Source of the DNA: Eledone cirrhosa | Taxonomy: Eukaryota | Assembly (NCBI GenBank): GCA_964016885.1 | Contig: OZ024740.1 | Span: 63,984,001 to 64,048,000, forward strand | DNA: 64,000 bases | Direction of reading: 5' to 3' | Part shown: in pieces, positions 1-10,349 of the stretch | How the letters are laid out: every line of letters begins with the position of its first letter | Numbering within the stretch: the first letter of the stretch is position 1 | Translations under genes and position numbers: made by a program | Notes under the pieces: model-generated | What the model saw: the letters and a program-made list of their open reading frames with translations, nothing else | The model's database searches: none | What the model was told of the DNA's origin: nothing

Positions 1-3000
1 TCCTAATGGACTCTATTCTAATCGCTCTTTTCAGAGCAAACCACCACTTGTTGTTGACGATGGCCCCCGTCAACGCTCGCTTAACTAGTTCGCTAATCCG
101 GTTTCTGTAGGCCTTGCGCGCTGGTAAGGACGCGTTTAACTTCCAGTAGCCCGGTCTTCGTCTATGAAGCCTATTTAAGTCAATCACACAGATCACGAAT
201 TTGTGGACCGTGTAGCTGACTATCTTGAATTGTGGACAGCCTATGCTAGACCTATCTATTTGCCTACAAAATACTCTATCTAGATATGATCTGGATGACC
301 CGATGCTGTTTGTCCAAGTCCACACTGGTACATTCGGGAAATCCACCTGTCAGACAGTTCAAAACGCCTGAGCAGGTTGGTGAGGCTCTTACACCCTCCT
401 CCCCTATCCGCTAATCCCACACAGTCCCAGCGTGCATCTAAGATCCCGTTCCAGTCGCCCACTAACACTAAAGAGCGGGACGTTCCAAGAAAGGTCTCCA
501 GAAGCCGGAAGAAATCAGGCCGCCCTGTTCCTGTCGGGGCATAGACGGCCACTAGCCCGAAAGCTTGCCCGTCTCCGCTGCTCACGTCCAGCACCACCAA
601 CTTAGCTTCTGGGTCCAGGAAGATGGCCCGTATGGCGAGATCCAAACCTCTCAGAAAAAGCACAGCGACTCCTCCCTCCGATCCAGGACGGCTGGGAGAT
701 GCGTACACATCGTAGCCGCCGAAGATCGGTGCGAAGGCCCGTGCTTCGGAGATTCTGGTCTCGCTGATGATCACTACTTCTATGTTTCGTGACCTGAGGT
801 CGTTGAGAAGGTGGCCCTGCTTCCATGACGACCCCAAGCCACGCGCATTTATGCTGCCTATTCTGAGTGAGGTCGTGTTGAAATGGAGTGGAAAAGATGG
901 GAAAGACCACTTACCGTACTTCTCGTAGAGGAAGGATGGGTTCTCCATCCCTTTCCACTTGATCGTCTGGTGAAGGGACCGTTGAATCGGCCCTTCGGCT
1001 GGTCGTCGGCTCTTCTGTGAGTATATCCGAATATACTCTCCGGTTGAGTGTCCCTCCTAGGTCTCTGAAATCACCAACTGCGTTGGTGAATTTCGTTTTA
1101 ATGTTTGTGTATTGTTTCTGTGCTATTCTTACCAGTCTTATGTTCGTTGGTGTTTTTATTGGTGCTGGTATTATGTAGTGGTGCTGTGAAATGTCTGTGT
1201 GTTCAATTATGTAAGTCATTAGTTTCTTGTTGTGTGTATTTATTGCCGTGCATTTCTTTTTCTGGGGGTGGGGTGGGGTTCTGCTATTTTTTTGTCGTTG
1301 TTGCTGGGTGTGTCTGTTTTGTTGTTGTGTTTGCGATGTTGGTGCTTGTGGTGGTGGTGTTGAAGGTGTTGTTGTTGGCGGTGGGGTTGCCGCCGGTGGT
1401 GATGGTGGTGCTAGTGTGGGTGGTGATGGTGTTGGTGGTGTTGCTGCTGTAAGTCTCTTTGCAGTAGCCTTTACCCTTTTTTTCATTTCTTCCCTCCATT
1501 TTCGAAGGCGACGATGCGCTGCTTCTGCGTTTGTGCCTTCTTGCGACCTTTTGCCATCCATCTCCCACCTCACACTCCATGTCCGATTCTGTGAGGTCGG
1601 AGAGGGGTACCAGCTCCACTCTTTCACTTGTCCTTGTTGGTGATGGTTGCAGTGGAGTCTCTGTTGCAGCTGCAGTTGGTATTACTGTTGTTGTTGTTAA
1701 TACTTCCACTGCTGCTGCTGTTCTTGATTTCCGTGGCGTGGGTATGGGTGCCACGGACCTATACTTCCTGCTTGCCGCCTGTCCTGTTGCTGGTAGCAGT
1801 GGAGCCGGTATCGGAAGGAGGGGGGTTTTCTCCTTTCTCAAGTTCTTCTCATTGCAGAAGGCACTGAGGTGAGTCTTCGATCCACAGCGAGAGCATTTCG
1901 GGCGTTTGCCCTCAACACTTATGGGCAGTTGAGTGCCGTTATCGAAGTCTATTACATCCGGTTGGTTTGAATTAACATCTCAATGGAGGTGCCTACCCAA
2001 TCTTCTCGTACTTTTTTCTGTACTTGCAGTACAGTTGTTTTGTCCTCGATTCCGACAAGGACAAACGTGGCCAGCCAAGAAGGGGCCATCGGGGGGGGGG
2101 GGACGGACGGACGGACGGACGGACGGACGGACGGACGGACGGACGGACGGACGGGGGGACGTGGGTCAGTTTGACCCTCACAATTTTTTGCCGGCAGTAG
2201 GAGGGCACCAACACCATTTCCTCGCTCCTTAGAGTCACTAAGGATTGAGTCTTTGCCTCCTGGGGTGTGGAAAGCATGTCCACGGTGGCACATATTTCTT
2301 GCCTCGGGTGATATGCGTTTTCCGCTGCCACACAGACCCTAAGGCTTTTTGTATTTGAGCCTCTGTGGCTCTTTCAACCCTACGTGATTTTGTGCTTAGT
2401 GTACGGTTCGTAACAGTACAGTGCTGTTGGGTTTCGAAAAATTTTTCGGCTGCCTTGCAGATTGCTCGGTGTCCGGTTTTTGTCACTATCATCTTTGCTT
2501 CCTGTAATTCCTCAATTGTTATAAGGATGGTTTCCAGGTTCTTTGCGATACCTGTAAACGAGATTGGTTTTTCTTTCTTGTTGTTGTTGTTGTTGTCGTC
2601 AGAGCTGCTGTTACTTTTGTTGTTGCTGCTGGAACTACGACCGCTGCCGCCGCTTTTGCTGTGGTTGTTGTTGTTGTTGCTGCTGCTGCTGTTGTTGCTG
2701 TTGCTGCTGCTGTTGTTGTTTATGCTGCTGCTGATGTTGTTGCGGCTGCTACTAGTGTTTTCCTTGTCACTGTCGCTGCTGCTGCTGTTATTACGGCTGC
2801 TGCTGCTATTCTTCATGACGTCAGACGAATGAAATGGCTTTCCGTATTTACCGCACACATTTTTCGTCGTTGTCGTCGTCGTGGGGAAATGTTCCACGGA
2901 ATGCACGTTCTCTTGGTGAAATCTACCAGAAACTATATTTTCTTTTTCTTTACTGGCGTCGCTTGCGAAAGAGGCGACACCACATTTAGAGAAGGGAGGG

Positions 3001-3305
3001 AGAGAGACAATCTTCTCTCTGATGTAGTGACGATTGAGGAAGAAGACGGAATGAGTGGGAGTGACTTGTGAAAATTCTTTTTGTAGCCATGTTTTTTTTG
3101 GGTTTAAAATGAATATTGGGCACAAAACCCCAATAAGCGGTTATTTAACCCTGAAGGGCCAAATAACGGACAGAAAAACCCCTCTCACGAAGAGGAGGGT
3201 GTTTTTATGTACAATTTGATTAAAGTTTTAAACAATTTACAATTGTTATAGCGGTTAAAAATGACTATAACTTACAGAACCGAGCCTCCGTCAACCATGG
3301 CATTC
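1..3305 (-). mobile_element. Tx1/L1-clade non-LTR retrotransposon, copy A (5' half; runs off window start)
   Basis: Colinear with copy B at about 6.12 kb period. Broken ORF1 with CCHC knuckle (CSRCGSKTHLSAFC). APE endonuclease motifs (SINARGL, ISETR, AVYAP, VGDWN). A 7-nt deletion near 345 relative to copy B frameshifts ORF2. Confidence 0.92.
280..875 (-). pseudogene. APE endonuclease domain of Tx1 ORF2 (copy A), frameshifted, start codon ACG instead of ATG
   Basis: Translation LRIGSINARGL...ISETR...VAVYAP...LVGDWN; compared directly with copy B 6447-7016. Confidence 0.88.

Positions 3306-3347
<42 letters not shown>
3306..3347. repeat. (AAT)n microsatellite separating Tx1 copies A and B
   Basis: Perfect AAT run between the 5' end of A and the 3' end of B. 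Confidence 0.97.
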
Positions 3348-3349
<2 letters not shown>

Positions 3350-3597
3350 TTTCTTTATTAACCACAAGGGTTTACATAAAGTAGACATTAAGGACAGTGC
3401 AGGACAATGCAGGACGGTACAAATGGGCATTTCTGCATGTAAAAAACAAAAACAGAGGATGTAACAAAAAATAACAATGAAAAATTCCCCAATAGGGGGC
3501 AGACTTCGGAGGGACATTTGTGGAGAAAGCCCAGTAAAAAGCCACAATGACCCTGACCACCAAGGCAAGTGCCCTCTCCCAGTTTTCCACCTTTAAT

Positions 3598-5772
3598 TTA
3601 CAGATATATACTCAGAGTAGGCCCATTCACTCGGGCCATTCTTGCTTCTCTCACCCATCTTTCAACAAAATGCTGGGAAGAGAGCACTTCCCTCTCTACT
3701 CTGATTTTCCTTTTCAAATGAAATTTGAAAAAGTCAATCAGAGCATCACCGAAGAGGTAAGTGCTCGTCTTCAGCCCTTTCAAACGTGTCCACCATACTA
3801 TCTCTTTCACCATGGCCACCAGGCAGATAAAAACTGCCTGCCCTTCCCGGCTAAAGGAGGAGGGCGGGGCAATCCTCACGATGGACTCAGATGATAGCCG
3901 GATCCGTCCTAAACGCGACAGCAGGTGTTCGACATAAACCCACAAGTCAGCAATTTTGGGACACTGGACGAGTGCGTGCATGACGGTTTCGTCGCCCTGC
4001 GCGCATCTCGGACATGCCCGGCTGACGGCACCTCCATGCCTGTAGAGTTTATCCCGAACTGGCAAGGCTCCTCGGTAGCACTGCCAGGCCAGAGATTTCT
4101 GGAAGTTGTCCATAGGCCCTGGCCCGAAACTGCTTCCGAAGAGATTGGCTAGTTGATTTTCGTCGACGCCTAGAGTTTCCCAAAGTACGTCGTCGCTCTT
4201 CCCCTCCACAAATCCTCTATAGAACGCCGAGGTGGAGTTTCCACCGATCACATTGCCCGATTGGTCGAGGGCTGTGAGCGCCTGAAGACATTCCAGTCTC
4301 CAGGCGCTCCCTCTCGGTCTTCGCTTGATCCAGGACTGCAGCTCCGTCAAGGAAACGAGCTGGGGAAAAACGCGTCTAGCAAACGGCGACCACACCTGAT
4401 CACCGTCGAGGAAGAGGTGGAGATGTTGTAGCCTGAGCGCGTGCCTGCGCATCATCAGCCATGGCATGCCCAGCCCTCCACGTAGCGGGTGTTGACAACA
4501 GATGGACCGCCTGACCATCGGAGCACGTCCCTTCCACAAAAAGCGAAAGAGCAAACGCTCCAGCGCAGTCAGGCTAGGCTTAGGACAAGGTACGACGGTT
4601 AGGCGGTAGCAGATGACAGACGCGATGTACGCGTTAGCCACCTCCGCTCGACCTTTCAGGGATAGCTTCCTCTCCGCCCATTTCTGGGTGAGAGAAGCCA
4701 CCCTGCTCGTCACCTCGTCCCAGTTTTTGTCCGTCTGGAGGTCCGGACCGAACCAGACCCCTAGCAATTTAACCGGTCCGTCCGTCCAGCGCCCGACGAC
4801 GCTGTTGGACGGCATGGACCTGCCTATCCAGGTGCCGAGCTGCAGGCCCACTGGCTTTTCCTGGTTGATCATTGCTCCTGTCACCGCTTCGTATTCTCTT
4901 AGTGTAGTGCCGATCGCCTCGATGTGTTTGGCGTTCGACACCACTACGGTGACATCGTCCGCATATGCTGACACGGATCTTCCGCATCCTAGTTCGTGCG
5001 GGACTCCCCTCAACGTCTCCAGTTTGTGCAGTAATGGCTCGAGAGTCAATACGTACAAGAGGGACGAGAGGGGACATCCTTGGCGGACCGAGCGCATGAT
5101 GTTGAACGGTTCCGACAGGTGACCGTTCACTCTCACCACAGAGCAGATGTCGCTGTGCATGACAGCGATCCAGCCTCTGAAGACGGGCCCATAGCCAGCC
5201 GCCCTCAGGACTGCCGCTAGGTAATGATGGTCGACCCTATCGAAAGCTTTCGACTGATCTAAATTGATCAAGGACCCACCCGTGCCAGGTTCCTTAGCTA
5301 CCCTCTCTATGATGTATCGCATGAGGTGGAGGTTGTCGTGGATGGATCTGTCGGGAATGGCGCATGTCTGCGCCTCTCCAACCAGACCACCAACGACAAG
5401 CGCCAACCTCTTTGCTAGCACCTTGGCCAAAATCTTGAACTCTGTGTTTAGCAGAGTTATGGGCCGGAAATTGTCTATGTTATCCCCCTTGTTCGGATCC
5501 TTTCTCAGCAGTGCCACCGCTCTTCGGCTCACAGAACTGGGAATTCTCCCGTTCTGTTGCCAGTTGCAGTAGACGTCCACCAAGAGGCCTCCGAACAAGT
5601 CTGGCATCTGTACGTAAAGTTCATAGGGCAGACCATCCAAACCAGGCGATTTACCCCTTGTGCAGCCAGTCATTGCCTCCCTTACTTCAGCGGCTGTTAT
5701 CGGCTTTTCGCAACACTTCGCCTCAGTGGCCGAGAGCCGCGGCAGTCCGTCGAGGTAGACACTAAAATCCAT
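3598..5772 (-). CDS. Tx1 ORF2 reverse transcriptase + zf-RVT portion (cut off from APE by a stop and a frameshift)
   Basis: KSPGLDG, FRPITLLN, LDQSKAFDRV, VRQGCPLS, YADD, and CPRC..ETVMHALVQC. Confidence 0.93.
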   Translation of the reverse strand: MDFSVYLDGLPRLSATEAKCCEKPITAAEVREAMTGCTRGKSPGLDGLPYELYVQMPDLFGGLLVDVYCNWQQNGRIPSSVSRRAVALLRKDPNKGDNIDNFRPITLLNTEFKILAKVLAKRLALVVGGLVGEAQTCAIPDRSIHDNLHLMRYIIERVAKEPGTGGSLINLDQSKAFDRVDHHYLAAVLRAAGYGPVFRGWIAVMHSDICSVVRVNGHLSEPFNIMRSVRQGCPLSSLLYVLTLEPLLHKLETLRGVPHELGCGRSVSAYADDVTVVVSNAKHIEAIGTTLREYEAVTGAMINQEKPVGLQLGTWIGRSMPSNSVVGRWTDGPVKLLGVWFGPDLQTDKNWDEVTSRVASLTQKWAERKLSLKGRAEVANAYIASVICYRLTVVPCPKPSLTALERLLFRFLWKGRAPMVRRSICCQHPLRGGLGMPWLMMRRHALRLQHLHLFLDGDQVWSPFARRVFPQLVSLTELQSWIKRRPRGSAWRLECLQALTALDQSGNVIGGNSTSAFYRGFVEGKSDDVLWETLGVDENQLANLFGSSFGPGPMDNFQKSLAWQCYRGALPVRDKLYRHGGAVSRACPRCAQGDETVMHALVQCPKIADLWVYVEHLLSRLGRIRLSSESIVRIAPPSSFSREGQAVFICLVAMVKEIVWWTRLKGLKTSTYLFGDALIDFFKFHLKRKIRVEREVLSSQHFVERWVREARMARVNGPTLSIYL

Positions 5773-7016
5773 CCCTCTACCCGGCCCCCCGCTGCCCCCA
5801 ACAGCTGAGCGAAGTGTCGCTGAAAAGCTTCACACATTTGCCCGGGATCGAGTAGCATGCGCCCGTCGTGGTCCACCAAAGACCGGATCGTGGCTTTGAT
5901 GCCACGACGCGCCTCCGCCACTCGGGCCCATTGAACGGCTTTCGTCCCCTCGTGTCTGAGAGCACGCACCCTAGCTCTGACAACGCAGCCTTCGTGCTTT
6001 GCATTGAAGAATTGGTCAAGGGCCAATTTCGCCGCAAGCACGTCGGTCGCAATGCCTTTGCTAAGCACCTCGTCTAATTTTCTAACTAGTTCTCCCTCTG
6101 CTCTATTTTTCTCTATTGCTAAAGCCTTACTAAACCTAATCGATTCTATTCTAATCGCTCTTTTCAGAGCAAACCACCACTTGTTGTTGACGATGGCCCC
6201 CGTCAACGCCCGCTTAACTAGTTCGCTAATCCGGTCTCTGTAGGCCTTGCGCGCTGGTAAGGACGCCGTTAGCTTCCAGTAGCCGGGTCCTCGTCTATGA
6301 AGCCTATCTAAGTCAAGCACACAGGTCACAAATTTGTGGTCCGTGTAGCTGACTATCTTGAATTGTGGACAGCCTATGCTAGACCTATCTATTTCCCTAC
6401 AAAATACTCTATCTAGATATGATCTGGATGACCCTATGCGGTTTGTCTAAGTCCACATTGGCACATTCGGGAAATCCAATCGGTACCTGTCAGACAGTTC
6501 AAAACGCCTGAGCAGGTTGGTGAGGCTCTTGCACCCTCCACCCCTATCTGCTAATCCCACACAGTCCCAGCGTGCATCTAAGATCCCGTTCCAGTCGCCC
6601 ACTAACACTAAAGAGCGGGACGTTCCAAGAAAGGTCTCCAGACGCCGGAAGAAATCAGGCCGCCCTGCTCCTGTCGGGGCATAGACGGCCACTAGCCTGA
6701 AAGCTTGCCCGTCTCCGCTGCTCACGTCCAGCACCACCAGCTTACCCTCTGGGTCCAGGAAGATGGCCCGTATGGCGAGATCCAAACCTCTCAGAAAAAG
6801 CACAGCAACTCCTCCACCCGATCCAGGACGGCTGGGAGATGCGTACACATCGCAGCCGCCGAAGATCGGTGCGAAGGCCCGTGCTTCGGAGATTCTGGTC
6901 TCGCTGATGGCCACTACATCTATGTTTAGTGACCTGAGGTCGTTGAGCAGGTGACCCTGCTTCCATGACGACCCCAAGCCACGCGCATTTATGCTGCCTA
7001 TTCTGAGTGAGGTCAT
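5697..7016 (-). pseudogene. Tx1 ORF2 APE endonuclease and linker (premature TAG at 6447-6449)
   Basis: APE motifs. TGG in copy A is TAG here. GPGYWKL linker motif follows. Confidence 0.9.
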
Positions 7017-7051
7017 GTTTAAAATAGAGTGGAAAAGATGGGAAAGACCAC

Positions 7052-9240
7052 TTACCGTACTTTTGGTAGAGGAGGGATAGTTTTTACATCCCTTTTCACT
7101 TGATAGTCTGGTGAAGGGACCGTTGAATCGTCCCTTCGGCTGGTCGTCGGCTCTTCTAAGAGAATGTCTGAATATACTCTTCGATTGATGGTTCCTCCTA
7201 GGTCCCTGAAATCACCAACTGCGTTGGGGAATTTCGTTTTAATGTTTGTGTATTGTTTCTGTGCTATTTTTAGCAGTCTTTTGTTAGTTGGCGTTTTGAT
7301 TGGTGCTGGTATTATGTAGTCCTGTTGTGAAATGTCTGTGTGTTCAATTATGTAAGTCATTAGTTTCTCGTTGTGTGTGTTTATTGCCGTGCATTTGTTT
7401 TTCTGGGGGTGCGGTGTGGTTCTGCTATTTTCTTGTCGTTGTTGCTGAGTGTGTGTGTTTTGTTGTTGTGTTTGCGATGTTGGTGCTTGTGGTGGTGGTG
7501 TTGAAGGTGTTGTTGGCGGTGGGGTTGTCCCCGGTGGTGATGGTGGTGCTGGTGTGGGTGGTGATGGTGTTGGTGGTGTTGCTGCTGTGGGTCTCTTTGC
7601 AGTAGACTTTACCCTTTTCTCATTTCTTTCCTCCCTTTTCAAAGGCGACGATGCGCTGCTTCTGCGTTTGTGCCTTCTTGCGACCTTTTGCCATCCATCT
7701 CCCACCTCACACTCCATGTCCGATTCTGTGAGGTCGGGGAGGGGTACCAGCTCCACTCTTTCACTTGTCCTTGTTGGTGATGGTGGCAGTGGAGTCTCTG
7801 TTGCAGCTGCAGTTGGTATTACTGTTTTTGTTGTTAATACTTCCACTGCTGCTGCTGTTCTTGATTTCCGTGGCGTGGGTATGGGTGCCACGGACCTATA
7901 CTTCCTGCTTGCCGCCTGTCCTGTTGCTGGTAGCAGTGGAGCCGGTATCGGAAGGAGGGGGGTTTTCTCCTTTCTCAAGTTCTTCTCATTGCAGAAGGCA
8001 CTGAGGTGAGTCTTCGATCCACAGCGAGAGCATTTCGGGCGTTTGCCCTCAACACTTATGGGCAGTTGAGTGCCGTTATCGAAGTCTATCACATCCGGTT
8101 GGTTTGAATTAACATCTCAATGGAGGTGCCTACCCAATCTTCTCGTACTTTTTTCTGTACTTGCAGTACAGTTGTTTTGTCCTCGATTCCGACAAGGACA
8201 AACGTGGCCAGCCAAGAAGGGGCCATCGGGGGGGGGGGGGGGACGGACGGACGGACGGACGGACGGACGGGGGGACGTGGGTCAGTTTGACCCTCACAAT
8301 TTTTTGCCGGCAGTAGGAGGGCACCAACACCATTTCCTCGCTCCTTAGAGTCACTAAGGATTGAGTCTTTGCCTCCTGGGGTGTGGAAAGCATGTCCACG
8401 GTGGCACATATTTCTTGCCTCGGGTGATATGCGTTTTCCGCTGCCACACAGACCCTAAGGCTTTTTGTATTTGAGCCTCTGTGGCTCTTTCAACCCTACG
8501 TGATTTTGTGCTTAGTGTACGGTTCGTAACAGTACAGTGCTGTTGGGTTTCGAAAAATTTTTCGGTTGCCTTGCAGATTGCTCGGTGTCCGGTTTTTGTC
8601 ACTATCATCTTTGCTTCCTGTAATTCCTCAATTGTTATAAGGATGGTTTCCAGGTTCTTTGCGATACCTGTAAACGAGATTGGTTTTTCTTTCTTGTTGT
8701 TGTTGTTGTTGTCGTCAGAGCTGCTGTTACTTTTGTTGTTGCTGCTGGAACTACGACCGCTGCCGCCGCTTTTGCTGTGGTTGTTGTTGTTGTTGCTGCT
8801 GCTGCTGTTGTTGCTGTTGCTGCTGCTGTTGTTGTTTATGCTGCTGCTGATGTTGTTGCGGCTGCTACTAGTGTTTTCCTTGTCACTGTCGCTGCTGCTA
8901 CTGTTATTACGGCTGCTGCTGCTATTCTTCATGACGTCAGACGAATGAAATGGCTTTCCGTATTTACCGCACACATTTTTCGTCGTTGTCGTCGTCGTGG
9001 GGAAATGTTCCACGGAATGCACGTTCTCTTGGTGAAATCTACCAGAAACTATATTTTCTTTTTCTTTACTGGCGTCGCTTGCGAAAGAGGCGACACCACA
9101 TTTAGAGAAGGGAGGGAGAGAGACAATCTTCTCTCTGATGTAGTGACGATTGAGGAAGAAGACGGAATGAGTGGGAGTGACTTGTGAAAATTCTTTTTTG
9201 TAGCCATGTTTTTTTTGGGTTTAAAATGAATATTGGGCAC
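7052..9240 (-). pseudogene. Tx1 ORF1 (gag-like, CCHC knuckle, Asn/Ser- and Pro/Thr-rich tracts), frameshifted
   Basis: ORF pieces 9240-9049, 9022-8354, 8447-8130, 8409-8089 and 8092-7052; CX2CX4HX4C motif. Confidence 0.82.
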
Positions 9241-9422
9241 AAAACCCCAATAAGCGGTTATTTAACCCTGAAGGGCCAAATAACGGACAGAAAAACCCCT
9301 CTCACGAAGAGGAGGGTGTTTTTATGTACAATTTGATTAAAGTTTTAAACAATTTACAATTGTTATAGCGGTTAAAAATGACTATAACTTACAGAACCGA
9401 GCCTCCGTCAACCATGGCATTC

Positions 9423-9465
<43 letters not shown>
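9423..9465. repeat. (AAT)n microsatellite flanking the 5' end of Tx1 copy B
   Basis: Perfect AAT run. Confidence 0.97.
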
Positions 9466-10349
9466 GAAGAAGACGCACGAGGTGACGGAGGTCATGAAAT
9501 CGCTCCCGTAAGTTTTGAATTTTTAACATATTTAAACCATTTGTGAAATAACAACTCTTAGTACAAATGCTACGTAAAGCACCCGGCTTGAGCCCCAAAA
9601 AATTCGGACCCAAAATATATTGTTATAAGGCTCAAATATTCAAATATTCAACTTTGTATTGTACACTGTATATCCCCCCCCCCCAAAAAATGGCTATAAA
9701 TGGAAGAAGAACCCCTCCCCTCCTCTCCTCTGGCTACACTATATAGGACAGCTAAACTCACCAACACCAGAAACTAGATACACCACCCACCCCATCATCT
9801 GTGTACACTAAACACAACAGCCAGATAACGACACATTTTCACCTTCACCGCCACCGCTCACTACGGCCATCATTACCACCATTATCCCATCACCGCCGCC
9901 ACCACCCCTTGACTCCGCTACAGCACCATCACTACAGTAATACGGTCACATCACCGCCACCACTGCCTCGGTATCGACATCACCACCACCACTGTCTCAG
10001 TATCGCTAGTGCCGCCAGTCTCCCACTTCCCTGCTGGCTGCTACTTCCACATTATAGAATTCCTACTACTAACAAAGAGGAAGGCATCAAAATATATAGA
10101 TAGACCCAAAAGAAAAAAGAAAAAACAAACAACAAAACCAAAGCAGCACAGCAACAACAGCAAAAAACGAGAAAAACAAACAGAGAAAAACAAAAACAAA
10201 AAAAAAGAAACCCCAAAAACGTAAAGAAAATAAGAATGAAGAGAGAAGCAGGCGGACGGACAGAGAAGAGGGGGGAAAAAGTAAAACTTAAAAAACTAAA
10301 ACTAAGTCAGACATTCGAACACTACATTACAATGAAACTTATGCTTATT

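Larger units (their letters stand above)
3348..9422 (-). mobile_element. Full-length-sized Tx1/L1-clade non-LTR retrotransposon, copy B (disrupted)
   Basis: 5' UTR, ORF1 pieces 9240-7052, ORF2 APE 7016-6447, linker 6329-5697, RT plus C-terminal zinc motif 5772-3598. 3' UTR ends AATAAAGAAAT-CATT(ATT)n. Confidence 0.95.

Noticed and set aside
1105-2832. Plus-strand Val/Leu/Gly-rich ORFs that look like membrane proteins (also 7300-8948)
   Set aside because: They are antisense shadows of low-complexity Tx1 ORF1 tracts.
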